Below, piece by piece: positions 20,347 to 30,509 of a stretch of 64,000 nt of DNA. The stretch comes from Longimicrobiales bacterium (lineage in GTDB: Bacteria; Gemmatimonadota; Gemmatimonadetes; Longimicrobiales; Gaopeijiaceae). The position numbers and the translations under genes were made by a program. The stretch covers positions 1,664,001 through 1,728,000 of the forward strand of contig OZ241869.1 in the NCBI GenBank assembly GCA_965202805.1, read 5' to 3'. A model generated the notes under the pieces. It had not been told where the DNA came from, searched no databases, and saw only the letters and a program-made list of their open reading frames with translations. Every line of letters begins with the position of its first letter. Within the stretch, counting starts at the first letter, position 1.

Positions 20347-21636
20347 TCAGGCCGCCCCGGCGGAAACCGGCGGGCGCGCGTACAGGCAGCTCCCGCGCAC
20401 GAAGGTCATCTGCACGCGCTCCAGGTCGCCGAGGTCGTCGAGCGGGTTGCCCTCCACCACGATGACGTCCGCCTCCTTGCCCTCCTCGACGGTGCCGATG
20501 CGCTCGTCGAGCCGGTTCATGATGGCGGCCTCGCGGGTCGCGCTCATGATGGCGGCGTGATTGTCGGCCACTACACCGACCTTGATCATGAACTCCATCT
20601 CCGGCACCACCACGCCGTGGCGCACCGCCGGGCTGCCCGCGTCGGTCCCGAAAACGATGCGCACGCCCGCGCGGGCCGCCCGCAGCAGCCCGTCGTAACG
20701 GCTCTTGTCGGCGACCAGCCGCTGGCGCTCCCTGATCTTCCACTCCGGGATGTTGTACTGGCGCGCGATCTCGGGCCTCGACTGGAGGAGGACGGGCGAG
20801 AAGGTGGTGATAATGGGAACCCCGCGCTCGACCAGCTTGCCGATGGTCCGGTCGGACATGCTGCCGCCGTGCTCGACCGTGTCGATGCCGAAGTCGACCG
20901 CACGCTCGATGCAGGCGTCGAAGGTGGCGTGGGCGGTGATGGGGAGGTTGCTGCGATGGGTCTCGTCGACGATGGCCTCGAGCTCCTCGTCGGTGAACTC
21001 CAGGAGGTCGTGGCACATCATGACCTTGATGAGATCGGCGCCGGCTCTGACCTGCTCCCGCACCGCGCGCCGCATCTCGTCGGCCCCGGTGGCCTCCCGG
21101 CAGCACCAGTAGGTATGGCCGCCGGTCTGGACGATCGCCTCCGCGACTATCAGCAGGCGCGGACCTGCGAACACCCCCTGTTCCACCGCCTGCTTGGCGA
21201 AGGAACCGCTCTGGTTCATGCCCAGGTCGCGTACCAGGGTGATCCCCGCTCGCAGGCACGCGAGCATGTTCGCGGCCGCCTTGTAGGCGCTGATCTCGGG
21301 GGCGTCTCCGAGCGACTGGGCGGCCAGGTCGTGGATGCCGTCCCATGCCAGGTGGGCGTGGCTGTTGATCAGCCCGGCCAGGATGGTTCCGCCGGTTTCC
21401 ACCACGGCCGGGCCGCTCGCAACCCGGGCGCCCGGGAGGGCCCCCTCATCGCCCGCTTCCCCGCCTCCCTCTCCGACGGACGTGATCAGGCCGTCCTCAA
21501 TCGTCACGTGACCGTTTTCGATCACTTCGCGCCCGACCCCGGTGATGACCCGTCCGCGCAACGTCACCGATGCGGGCTCCCTCGGGGCCAGATCCTGCAG
21601 GACCGGCTGGAACTTCCAGGCTGGTGCTTCGGGCAT
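20347..21636 (-). CDS. Metal-dependent amidohydrolase (prolidase-like)
   Basis: NSHAHL, IKVM, AHA, EHG, GTDAG. Confidence 0.9.
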   Translation of the reverse strand: MPEAPAWKFQPVLQDLAPREPASVTLRGRVITGVGREVIENGHVTIEDGLITSVGEGGGEAGDEGALPGARVASGPAVVETGGTILAGLINSHAHLAWDGIHDLAAQSLGDAPEISAYKAAANMLACLRAGITLVRDLGMNQSGSFAKQAVEQGVFAGPRLLIVAEAIVQTGGHTYWCCREATGADEMRRAVREQVRAGADLIKVMMCHDLLEFTDEELEAIVDETHRSNLPITAHATFDACIERAVDFGIDTVEHGGSMSDRTIGKLVERGVPIITTFSPVLLQSRPEIARQYNIPEWKIRERQRLVADKSRYDGLLRAARAGVRIVFGTDAGSPAVRHGVVVPEMEFMIKVGVVADNHAAIMSATREAAIMNRLDERIGTVEEGKEADVIVVEGNPLDDLGDLERVQMTFVRGSCLYARPPVSAGAA

Positions 21637-21646
21637 GGTGTTTTCC

Positions 21647-23053
21647 TCAGATCCCCAACTCTGCAAGCGCTCGCGCTCCGGCGTCGAGGTTGGTGAGCTT
21701 CATGCTGGCGTAGTTGGGCGAATAGATGACGCCGGCGGCGCCGGCCCCGTACGCCGCATGCACGCTCTCGTAGACGATCTCGGGCGTGCACGCTGCCTGA
21801 TCCGGGCTCGACCGCGGTGCGTCCACGCCGACGCCCATCAGCACCGGCAACTCCCCGTCGAGCGCTTCGATGGTGTCCCGGCATTGCCCGCCAACATAGC
21901 TCGCGGGCGACATGCCCACACCGAGCAGCTCATCCCACGGCGCCTCGTCGAGCCCCAGAATCCGGTACATGATCGGGGTCAGCTCCACGGGCACCAGATC
22001 GCGCAAAAGGGACGCGTGCAGCTGCTTCATCTCGTTGATGTAGATGCCGCCCGACTGATGCTGGTAGGTGATCGGCTTCACCCAGTCGGCGTAGTCCTTC
22101 GTTTCGGCCCACGGCCACTGCGCCTTGCGGAACGGGTTGAAGTGGTTGCGGTTCCACACGTTGAGCCCGAACTCAAGCGCCGGATCGCACCACTTGACGA
22201 GCCCGTAGAGCTCGCGGTCCAGGTCCTTGTTGCGCTCCACCCAGTGCCGCTCCAGGAGCAGGAACTCGGGGTTGTCGAGGAGAACCCGGAGCCCGGTGAT
22301 GAGCGCGCCATCCGTGAAATGCTCCCCCGCGCGCGCCTTCCTGAAATAGTCGTGAAGGGATGCGCACGCCCGTCGCGTTCCCTCGGGATCGATCCCGGCC
22401 CGGTCCAGGCTCGCTTGGCAGTGCGTGCAGAAGCATCCCGGCGCCATGCCGGTCACGAGCTGGTCCAGCGGGCTCCGCCGCTCGTTGCACCACATGATGC
22501 CGTCGATGTCGTAGCTCCGGCAGTGGTCCTCGATAAGCGCGTGCCACCACCCCCGGTAGTCGGGATGCTCGAGACACGGCGCGCCGCTGATCCGGCCCAG
22601 GTAGTCCACCTCCATGAGCTGCACCAGGTTGGGGATCTGCACGGTGTTGGCCGACCCGTGTCCGGCGTACTTGAAGAGCGGCTCCATCAGCTCCGGGATG
22701 ACCTTCATCCCGCGCTCCCGGGCACCGGGGATGACCATTTCCAGAATGTCCCGTCCGTGCATCCCCTCGTCCGGCGCGCGGAAGTCGGTGACGCGGGTGT
22801 TGCGGTAGAACTCGGGATGATGCGCGAGATAGGATCCGCCCTGGACCTCGAGCGGCTCGGGGACGCCGTGGTCGGGCCATCCGTCGATCTTCCACGAGAT
22901 GCTGCGCCCGATCTTGAGTCCGAGCCAGCTCACCGTTCCCAGAAAGACCACATTCACGCCCACGCGCTGTTGCAACGTGTCCAGCACGGCGTCCACGCCC
23001 TCGTCCACGAAGCTCGCGGGCCCGATCTGGACCCCTACGCACCTGTCGTTCAC
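21647..23053 (-). CDS. Conserved hypothetical protein, probable glycoside-hydrolase-like TIM barrel
   Basis: Good RBS (GAGGAGG); PCLEHPDYR..YDIDGIMWCNER..CFCTHC pattern. Confidence 0.65.
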   Translation of the reverse strand: MNDRCVGVQIGPASFVDEGVDAVLDTLQQRVGVNVVFLGTVSWLGLKIGRSISWKIDGWPDHGVPEPLEVQGGSYLAHHPEFYRNTRVTDFRAPDEGMHGRDILEMVIPGARERGMKVIPELMEPLFKYAGHGSANTVQIPNLVQLMEVDYLGRISGAPCLEHPDYRGWWHALIEDHCRSYDIDGIMWCNERRSPLDQLVTGMAPGCFCTHCQASLDRAGIDPEGTRRACASLHDYFRKARAGEHFTDGALITGLRVLLDNPEFLLLERHWVERNKDLDRELYGLVKWCDPALEFGLNVWNRNHFNPFRKAQWPWAETKDYADWVKPITYQHQSGGIYINEMKQLHASLLRDLVPVELTPIMYRILGLDEAPWDELLGVGMSPASYVGGQCRDTIEALDGELPVLMGVGVDAPRSSPDQAACTPEIVYESVHAAYGAGAAGVIYSPNYASMKLTNLDAGARALAELGI

Positions 23054-23078
23054 GGTCGAATGATCCTCCTCTTCCCCA

Positions 23079-23114
23079 TACTGGTGTCTACTGACAACTT
23101 ACTGGTGTCTACTG
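23079..23114. repeat. 15-bp direct repeat TACTGGTGTCTACTG x2, 21-bp period
   Basis: Copies at 23079-23093 and 23100-23114 in an intergenic gap. Confidence 0.85.
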
Positions 23115-23130
23115 GAAACATGTCGGGCGG

Positions 23131-23955
23131 TCACCGGCCCTTCAGCCTCGGATCCAGCATCTCCTGCAGGCTGTCGCCCAGGAGATTGGTGGCCATGACC
23201 ACGGTGAATATGGCGAGCCCGGGGAAGGTCGAAATCCACCACGCCCGCCCCAGGACGTCGCGTCCCACGGCGACCATCAGCCCCCACTCCGGGGTCGGGG
23301 GCTGCGCGCCCAGTCCCAGAAAGCTCAATCCCGCGCCCACGGATATCGCGTGTCCGAACTCGAGCGTCGAGAGCACGAGCAGAGGGATCGCGGTGTTCGG
23401 GAGCACGTGCCTCAGGATGATCCGGAGATCCCGCACCCCCAGGAGCCGGGCCGCGTCGATGTATTCCTGCTCGCGCACCGTCAGCACGGTTCCCCGCACC
23501 AGGCGCGCGTAGCGCGGGATCGTGGACACGCCGACCGCGACCATGACGTTCGTGATGCTCGGGCCCAAGGCCGCGATGACGACAAGGGCCAGGAGGATGC
23601 CGGGAAAGGCCAGCATCGCATCCACTACGCGCATCAGCACCGTGTCCACCGCGCCTCGGTAGTAGCCGGACACGAGCCCCAGCGCCGACCCCAGCACCGA
23701 GCCGATGGCGACGCTGATGAATCCGAGGATGAGCGACACGCGCGCGCCGTACACGACGCGGCTGAATACGTCCCTCCCGAGCCGGTCCGTCCCGAACCAG
23801 AACTCCGGCGACGGCGCCTCGCGTGCCCCGGAGACCGTGACCAGCGGATCGTGGGGCGAACCGAGGGCGGCGAAGATCGCCAGCAGCACCCACCCTGCGA
23901 GAATGGTGACGCCGGCGATGAAGCCGGGGCTGAGCGTGCGGCCCGCGATCGTCAT
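23131..23955 (-). CDS. Peptide ABC permease (OppC-like)
   Basis: FGTDRLGRD, EYIDAARLLG, LSFLGLG..PTPEWG. Confidence 0.93.
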   Translation of the reverse strand: MTIAGRTLSPGFIAGVTILAGWVLLAIFAALGSPHDPLVTVSGAREAPSPEFWFGTDRLGRDVFSRVVYGARVSLILGFISVAIGSVLGSALGLVSGYYRGAVDTVLMRVVDAMLAFPGILLALVVIAALGPSITNVMVAVGVSTIPRYARLVRGTVLTVREQEYIDAARLLGVRDLRIILRHVLPNTAIPLLVLSTLEFGHAISVGAGLSFLGLGAQPPTPEWGLMVAVGRDVLGRAWWISTFPGLAIFTVVMATNLLGDSLQEMLDPRLKGR

Positions 23956-24896
23956 GCCGGCGCCCCGTCCCGGATGCGCGGATCAAGCCAGGCCGCCAGC
24001 AGATCCACGAGCAGGTTCACGAGGACGTAGGCCGTGGCCATGAACAGCACGATTCCCTGCACCAGCGGATAGTCCTTCCAGAGGATCGCGCTCACCACCA
24101 GGCGGCCCAGCCCGGGGCGGCTGAAGACCGTTTCCGTCACGACGGCGCCCGCGAGCATGGCCCCAAACTGGAGCCCGAGGATCGTCAGAACCGGAAGGAA
24201 GGCGTTCCGGAGCGCGTGCCTAAAATAGACGATGCGCTTGGGCAGGCCCTTCGCCCACGCCGCACGCACGTAGTCTTCGACGAGGACCTCGAGCAGCGAT
24301 GCCCGCGTCAGGCGCGCGATCACTCCCGCGGACAGGAGCCCCAGCGACAGGCTCGGGAGCACGAGCGAACGGAGTCCCTCCGATCCCGCCGGCGGAAACC
24401 ACGGCAGCCAGAACGAGAACACGAGGATCAGCAGGAGACCGAGCCAGAAGAGCGGCAGCGACACCCCCGCGTAGGCGAGCACCCGGCTGAACCCGTCGAC
24501 CCACGAGCCCTGTTTGAGGGCCGCCATCACCCCTGTGGTAACCCCGATGATCACCGCGAAGAGAATGCCCCCCAGGCTGAGGGCGAGCGTCGAACCCAGC
24601 CTGTCGAGGATCAGGTCAAGGACGGGCTGGCGCAGTCGGACCGAGGTTCCCAGATCGGCCGTCACCGCGCCCCGCAGGAAACGTCCGTACTGCATGTGAA
24701 GGGGGTCGTTCAGCCCCATTTCCTCGCGCAGCTGTTCCTGCCGTTCCGGCGTCACCGACCCGCTCTCGGCCCCGGAGAGCATCAGCTGCACGGGGTCTCC
24801 CGGGAGGGCGTGCATGATGGAGAAGACCGCGACCGACACCAGGAGCAGCACGACCCCCAGCTGGGCCAGGCGTCCGGCGAGGTAGCTTGCGAACAT
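23952..24896 (-). CDS. Peptide ABC permease (OppB-like)
   Basis: LPGDP, DLGTS, DYVRAAWAKGL, ETVFSRPGLG. Confidence 0.93.
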   Translation of the reverse strand: MFASYLAGRLAQLGVVLLLVSVAVFSIMHALPGDPVQLMLSGAESGSVTPERQEQLREEMGLNDPLHMQYGRFLRGAVTADLGTSVRLRQPVLDLILDRLGSTLALSLGGILFAVIIGVTTGVMAALKQGSWVDGFSRVLAYAGVSLPLFWLGLLLILVFSFWLPWFPPAGSEGLRSLVLPSLSLGLLSAGVIARLTRASLLEVLVEDYVRAAWAKGLPKRIVYFRHALRNAFLPVLTILGLQFGAMLAGAVVTETVFSRPGLGRLVVSAILWKDYPLVQGIVLFMATAYVLVNLLVDLLAAWLDPRIRDGAPA

Positions 24897-24916
24897 GTGT
24901 GGTAAGGTGCTTCCTG

Positions 24917-25576
24917 CTACTCGACCCGGAGCGCGCAAGGTCGCCAGTTTCGAGTCCAGTGTTGATCCGTTTGGACATGGTCTCTGCGCACGCTCTTGCA
25001 TACGTTGCGAGCGAACTCCGATGAAGGAAACGCCTCGGCAAGACGCATCACCACACCTTCACGTTCTCCTCCGAGCACCGACTCCTTCCCGTGCTCACCC
25101 CGGATAAAATCCCGGATCTCGCCTACGGAGCCGAACTCACCCCGTTGCAGAATCGGTACAACGGGAATGGATCGGTCGGCAGCGAAGCGCTCCAAGGCAG
25201 CCATCGACTGGAAATCTCCCCGGGCATCCCTCAGAGCGAAGGCGTAGAAGGTTTCGTTCTCCCGCACTGCCCGATATTGGATGCTGTGTACGCCATAGAT
25301 GTCTTCTCCGTACAAGTAGACATCCGGTTCGGTTACTCTCCAGGCGTGGTGCTTCTTGACCATCGCCAACCATTTGTTGTTTGCTTCCGTGCCCACGGAG
25401 CGTCCGTATATCTTGCCACGGTGGATGAGTACGTTGCTTCCATCGAGCTTTTCCGTCACGACCACTGGGCACCCGACGAAGCGGCGGGGATCCCGATGGA
25501 CGGAATCGCCGCGACCAATGGCCGGAGAGTACGGCCAGTACGGGGTGCGCGGATACTTCAGCCTACCGGGAAGCAT
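24917..25576 (-). CDS. ATP-dependent RNA ligase family protein (Rnl2-like nucleotidyltransferase)
   Basis: KYPRTP, motif I TEKLDGSN, YGE, FYAF, REGVV, KSVR. Confidence 0.88.
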   Translation of the reverse strand: MLPGRLKYPRTPYWPYSPAIGRGDSVHRDPRRFVGCPVVVTEKLDGSNVLIHRGKIYGRSVGTEANNKWLAMVKKHHAWRVTEPDVYLYGEDIYGVHSIQYRAVRENETFYAFALRDARGDFQSMAALERFAADRSIPVVPILQRGEFGSVGEIRDFIRGEHGKESVLGGEREGVVMRLAEAFPSSEFARNVCKSVRRDHVQTDQHWTRNWRPCALRVE

Positions 25577-26078
25577 CGTCAGCCCGAGGTGTTGCTCTTC
25601 GTCGAGTTGAATGCTGAGGGCAGAGTTGTCGCACTCTGACTCCCAAGTCGTCAGTCAGTGCGCGATGTTCGTACCAGTCCGAATCGACCGCATTCACAAC
25701 TACGGCCTCAGCCTTCACAGCAACAGCCAGGAACTTCGCGTCCTTCTTGAGGTTGTTCGGAGGCAGCACCGGATCGTCGAAGTCCCTTCCTTCGCTGTCT
25801 CGGGGTTCAACCTGAACCTGGCGCACCTTTTCTTCATTGTACATGTTCTGCCATAGGTATTTGTAGAACGCTGAACCCGGCATTGGTGGACCGTCGTGAT
25901 CCGTCATCCGTCCATATTCGCCCATGATGAGCCGCTTGTCGTCGACGCAGACCACGCCCTCACGCTGAAGCCTGGCGAGTTCACCCACACAGCTGAGCCG
26001 GCAGTCCATTGCCGCGTGCGTGGCCAAGCCGTTGGCAACGACAAGAACATTCGTGTCCACTACTGTCCTATCCGCCAT
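25563..26078 (-). CDS. PIN-like protein
   Basis: VVDTNVL..EY..DAKFLAVA..DSDW acidic pattern. Confidence 0.7.
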   Translation of the reverse strand: MADRTVVDTNVLVVANGLATHAAMDCRLSCVGELARLQREGVVCVDDKRLIMGEYGRMTDHDGPPMPGSAFYKYLWQNMYNEEKVRQVQVEPRDSEGRDFDDPVLPPNNLKKDAKFLAVAVKAEAVVVNAVDSDWYEHRALTDDLGVRVRQLCPQHSTRRRATPRADDASR

Positions 26079-27504
26079 TCGACGCATCTTCCTTTTTTCG
26101 TCGCAGGGACGCCGAACTTATTGCGGCAATCTCTTCCATCTCGTTTCCGAAGAACTCGTCCGGCCAGTTCTCGATTTCTCCCCATCGATTCAGCTTCAGA
26201 TCTTCAAGCTTGCCTATGCCCTTCGAGATCGACGAGAAATAGAGATAAACATCTTCTGAAGAGACTGTAAAGGGAAATGAGGACCCTTTTCCTGGAACAT
26301 GAATCTCCCCTTCGGCCACGCGCCGCTGAAGCCGTTGCAACAAGTGCTGGCTATGCGACTCTACAATGATCTGAAGCTTCCGCTGTTTCGCAACACACAG
26401 GAACAAGTCCGCTAGGCGACTTTGCACAGCCGGGTGCAAGTGGATTTCGGGTTGTTCCAGCAGGACTATGGAATCCTCTGGAACGTAGTAGAGGAGAACG
26501 AGCACCGGAAGAACCTGGGACACCCCGAATCCTACATCCGTAAGAGTAGTCGATGCCTTGGACGAGTTGGCGGTCACGCGTGCTTGATAAAGGTTGGATC
26601 CAGTGCCAATCTCCTTCAGGGAAAAGTCATCGATCAACCCGAGCTCTCTGAGCCAATGCGCAATGATTCCCTGGAACGGCTGCTGCCAGGCCTTTTTCTT
26701 GAGCTGACGCTTCTCTCCCTGCGCCGTAGCCGCCAGAATGGCGTCGATGGCTCGCTCACCCCGGGGTCCGACATCGGCGGGGCTGGCGCCACTCCAATAG
26801 TACTGGCGCTGCGGATACTCCCTGAGCGGACCAAGATAGTATATGCGGTCCATCAGGTCTTCGTAGGCGAGTTCCAGATCGCTGAGAAAGTCGGCGTTCT
26901 GGTAAGACCACTTGATCTGCTGGGGAAACGAATGCGTCTTGACAGGAGGTGGAATCCGAGCGAACGGACGACCCTGGATACGCTTCAGGGCGAAGTCATG
27001 GTGCTGGCTGCTGATCTTGAGATCGTACGCACGTTTCCTGCCTTCGCCAGGCCCGGCTTTCAGCGTGAAGGACGAGTCGCCAAAAAGATAGGTCAGGCTG
27101 CGTGTAAAGAGGGTAGATGAGTGGCCGGAGTCGGACAGGCCGATCGCGCAATGCGTATCCATCTCCCGGCCTGCGAACTCAACTGGCCGTCCATCGGCGG
27201 ACTGGCCGCTGATCTTTAATCGGGTCGGCAGATGCCAAGCCAGTTTCCAACTGATCCTGGCGGTCGTTTCACGGCCATGAACCACCTCGGAAAAGCTGCC
27301 GAGGTTGGCAAGACTCTCTGGACCTCCGAAGTCCAGCACGATGCGCCGGTCAGTCGCTTCACGGGTCTGCTTCAGCAGGAGGAGGAACTGAATGAGGCTG
27401 CTCTTCCCTGCACTGTTGGCACCGAAGATGCCGGTGACGGTGGCAAACCGGACATGGAGCGCCTTCCATGCCTTGAAGTTTGTTAGCCGCAATCGTTTGA
27501 TCAC
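26068..27504 (-). CDS. Soluble ABC/AAA_21-type ATPase with a DUF3696-like C-terminus
   Basis: NFKAW, GANSAGKS, DVGFGVSQ, LLEQPEIHLHP, ESHS, GEIENWPDEFF. Confidence 0.9.
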   Translation of the reverse strand: MIKRLRLTNFKAWKALHVRFATVTGIFGANSAGKSSLIQFLLLLKQTREATDRRIVLDFGGPESLANLGSFSEVVHGRETTARISWKLAWHLPTRLKISGQSADGRPVEFAGREMDTHCAIGLSDSGHSSTLFTRSLTYLFGDSSFTLKAGPGEGRKRAYDLKISSQHHDFALKRIQGRPFARIPPPVKTHSFPQQIKWSYQNADFLSDLELAYEDLMDRIYYLGPLREYPQRQYYWSGASPADVGPRGERAIDAILAATAQGEKRQLKKKAWQQPFQGIIAHWLRELGLIDDFSLKEIGTGSNLYQARVTANSSKASTTLTDVGFGVSQVLPVLVLLYYVPEDSIVLLEQPEIHLHPAVQSRLADLFLCVAKQRKLQIIVESHSQHLLQRLQRRVAEGEIHVPGKGSSFPFTVSSEDVYLYFSSISKGIGKLEDLKLNRWGEIENWPDEFFGNEMEEIAAISSASLRRKKEDASNGG

Positions 27505-27599
27505 ATGCACTCTCCTGCGCATCCGGGGCGAACGGTCACGGGCAATCTAGCCCGATCCGCTGCTCTGGGGGAGCGCCATCGCGGGCCAGGGAGGGGCGA

Positions 27600-29000
27600 T
27601 CACACCGCGCCGTCTGTCCGTGCCGCAAGCACCCCCACCAGCTTCCCGACATCCCCCAGCTCGTCCACCCGCTCAAGCGCCCCCAGCGCCTTATCGATAC
27701 CCGCGTCGTCCATCACGAGACTCGCGCAGTCCCGGAACTTGGCGTGCAGCTCCTCGCGTGTCAGGGGCCGCTCCGGGCCGCCGGGATAGGTGTCCGCCTC
27801 GGTGTGGAGTTCGGTGCCGTCGCGGAGGCGGACGTCGATGGCGCTCCGCATGCGGTCGTAGCCGCGCGCGTCGATCTCCTCGTCGAACCGGACGGTCACG
27901 CGGCGCATCATGTCCGCCACCTCCCCGGAGAGGACGAAGTCGTCGTGGAACTCGCGGATTCCGGCCCGTCGGCGGAGGACGATGCTCGACAGGACGAAGG
28001 GGATGCAGAACTTCGCCTCCAGCTCGTTGGTGGGGACGGGATAGCGCAGCGGCTTCAGGATGTTGTGGCCGGCGCGGAAGGTGATACCGGCGACGTCGTC
28101 CGGCGTAAGGTCGTGTTCGGTCACGAGTTCGAGCATGGCGGCCATGCTCGGGTGGCCGAGGCTTCCCGAGGGGAAGGGCTTCACGGACACGCCCGGGTCG
28201 AGCAGGGTGTAGGGCGCGCCGAGGGCGCCGACCAGCCGCTCGGGCTCGAAGCCGCCGCCGAACACGCGGAAGAAGCCCCACGGCGCCTCCAGCGCATCGT
28301 TGCCGGCCGTGAAGCCGCGCGCCGCGAGGTCGACCGCCACGATGCCGTTCTCGGCGGCGCGCCCGGCGTGGAGCGGCTTGGTCATGGTGCCGAACCCGAG
28401 CCGGATCCCCGACGAGAGGCTCGCCGCGATGCCGAGCGCCATGGCGAGGTCGTCCGCCTCCAGCCCGGCCAGCCTGGCGGCCGTCGCACACGCCCCGAGC
28501 GTGCCGATGGTCGCGGTCGAGTGGAACCCTTCCCGGTAGTGCCGGGGATCGATCGCCTCGGCGATCTTGCACTCCACCTCGAAGCCGATGAGGAACGCCT
28601 CCAGGAACTCGGCGCCCGTGGCTCCCACCCGTTCCGCCATCGCGTACCCCGCCGACAGCGGCGCCACCGTGGGGTGCGTCAGGAGCCCGAAGATGCGGTC
28701 GGGGGCGTTCGAGAGCTGCGTGTCGTCGAAGTCCATCGCGTGGCCCGCCGTGCCGTTGGCGCGCGCCGCGAGCGAGGCCGGGGCGCGGGTGTGGGGCAGC
28801 CCGAAGACGGTCGCCTCCTCGTGCCCGCCCTGCGCCGCGATCTGGTCCTGCACGATGCGGGAGCAGTGGTCCGTGGACCCGGCGAGAATCACGCCCGTGC
28901 CGTCCAGCACGCAGCGCCGCCCCTCGCTCAGCAGCCGCTCCGGGAAGTCCCGGATGTTCGTTTCGAGGATGAAGTCGATGACCGCGCGTGTCGCGCTCAC
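27600..29000 (-). CDS. MmgE/PrpD family protein
   Basis: NGTAGHAMDFDD, GFHST, FGTMTKPLHAG, AKFCIPF; GTG start. Confidence 0.92.
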   Translation of the reverse strand: MSATRAVIDFILETNIRDFPERLLSEGRRCVLDGTGVILAGSTDHCSRIVQDQIAAQGGHEEATVFGLPHTRAPASLAARANGTAGHAMDFDDTQLSNAPDRIFGLLTHPTVAPLSAGYAMAERVGATGAEFLEAFLIGFEVECKIAEAIDPRHYREGFHSTATIGTLGACATAARLAGLEADDLAMALGIAASLSSGIRLGFGTMTKPLHAGRAAENGIVAVDLAARGFTAGNDALEAPWGFFRVFGGGFEPERLVGALGAPYTLLDPGVSVKPFPSGSLGHPSMAAMLELVTEHDLTPDDVAGITFRAGHNILKPLRYPVPTNELEAKFCIPFVLSSIVLRRRAGIREFHDDFVLSGEVADMMRRVTVRFDEEIDARGYDRMRSAIDVRLRDGTELHTEADTYPGGPERPLTREELHAKFRDCASLVMDDAGIDKALGALERVDELGDVGKLVGVLAARTDGAV

Positions 29001-30493
29001 TCTTGCTCCTTTGCTTGTCGTTTTCCGGAGATGAGACGGTTCCTGACCGCCGGGGCCGCGAAGCTGACCACCGCCAGCGCGAGCAGCACCAGGCTGATCG
29101 GGCTCTCGAGGAAGATCGTGTGCGAGCCCGACGACAGCGTGAGGGCCCGCCGATAGTTCGTCTCGATCATGGGACCGAGGATGAGGCCGAGCACCGCCGG
29201 CGCCAGCGGATATCCGGCCCGCAACATGGCGAAGCCGACGACCCCGAAGAAGAGGGCCACCCAGGCGTCGGCCGCGTTCCCGCGCAGCGCGAAGACGCCC
29301 ACGAGCGAGATGGCCACGACCAGCGGCATCAGGATCGACGGGCGCAGCCGCACGACGCGCGTCCACAGGGGGATCCCGAGGCGCCCCACGGCCAGCATGA
29401 GCAGCACCGCCACCAGGAACCCGGCGTAGAGCGCGTAGACGAGCTCGGCGCGCTCGGCCATGAGCAGCGGGCCCGGCGCGACGCCCTGCACGGTGAGGCC
29501 GCCGAGCAGCACGGCGGCGCTGGCCGAACCCGGAATCCCGAGCGCGAGGAGGGGGATCATGGCGGCGCCCACGCAGGAGTTGTTCGCCGCCTCGGGCGCC
29601 GCGATGCCGGCCGGCACCCCCGTCCCGAACCGCTCGCGGTCCTTCGAGACGCGCCGCTCCTCGTTCCACGCCACGATCGAGGCGATCGTCGCCCCGGCGC
29701 CGGGGATGGCCCCGATCAGCCCGCCGATCGCCGAGCCGCGCAGAATCGTGCGCCAGAGCCCGAACAGCTCACGGGCCCGGGGCAGCGCCCCCGTGATGCC
29801 GCCCCCGGGCGCCGTCGCCTTGCGCCCGCCGGCCGCCGCCTTCAGCGCCTCGGCGATGGCGAAGAAGCCGATCAGCATCGGCACCAGCCCGAGCCCGTCC
29901 ATGAGCATGTTGGTGCCGAGGGTGAGCCGCGGCGCCCCCGTGAGCACGTCCAGCCCGACTATGAAGAAAAGGAGTCCCAGCAGCGCGCTGATGATCCCCT
30001 TCAGAGGATCGCGTCCCACGAGGTTCGCGACGATCGAGAGGCCGAACACGCCGAGCCCGAAGTACTCCGCCGGCCCGAAGGCGATCGCCGCCCGCGAGAG
30101 CGGCCCGAGCGCCAGCACGAGGAGAATCGTCCCCAGAATCCCCCCGCTCATGGAGGAGAAGAGGGAAATCCCCAGCGCGCGCCCCGCCTCGCCCCGCCGC
30201 GTCATGGCGTAGCCGTCGAAGGTCGTCGCGAGCGCGGGCGAACTGCCCGGAACGCCGATCGCGATCGCCGTGATCGATCCCCCGTACTCCGCCGCCATGT
30301 AGATCGAGACCATCATCAGGAGCGCCGGCGTCGGATCGAGCGCGAAGGTCACCGGGAGGACGAGCGCGAGCCCCACCGTCGAACTCAAGCCCGGCATCGC
30401 CCCCGCGAACACCCCGAGCAGGCTGCCCGCCAGCAGCGCGGCGAGATTCCCCGGCTGGAGCGCCGTCAAGAGACCGTCGAGGAAGACCGACAC
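28997..30493 (-). CDS. tctA: Tripartite tricarboxylate transporter permease
   Basis: GAMPGL, EYGGSITAI, APEAANN, LGIPGS. Confidence 0.93.
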   Translation of the reverse strand: MSVFLDGLLTALQPGNLAALLAGSLLGVFAGAMPGLSSTVGLALVLPVTFALDPTPALLMMVSIYMAAEYGGSITAIAIGVPGSSPALATTFDGYAMTRRGEAGRALGISLFSSMSGGILGTILLVLALGPLSRAAIAFGPAEYFGLGVFGLSIVANLVGRDPLKGIISALLGLLFFIVGLDVLTGAPRLTLGTNMLMDGLGLVPMLIGFFAIAEALKAAAGGRKATAPGGGITGALPRARELFGLWRTILRGSAIGGLIGAIPGAGATIASIVAWNEERRVSKDRERFGTGVPAGIAAPEAANNSCVGAAMIPLLALGIPGSASAAVLLGGLTVQGVAPGPLLMAERAELVYALYAGFLVAVLLMLAVGRLGIPLWTRVVRLRPSILMPLVVAISLVGVFALRGNAADAWVALFFGVVGFAMLRAGYPLAPAVLGLILGPMIETNYRRALTLSSGSHTIFLESPISLVLLALAVVSFAAPAVRNRLISGKRQAKEQE

Positions 30494-30509
30494 GCCGCGC
30501 GTCGCCCGG

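Noticed and set aside
29001..29669. N-terminal extension of MmgE/PrpD in the ORF track
   Set aside because: Overlaps tctA in another frame; a GTG with RBS at 29000 is the better start
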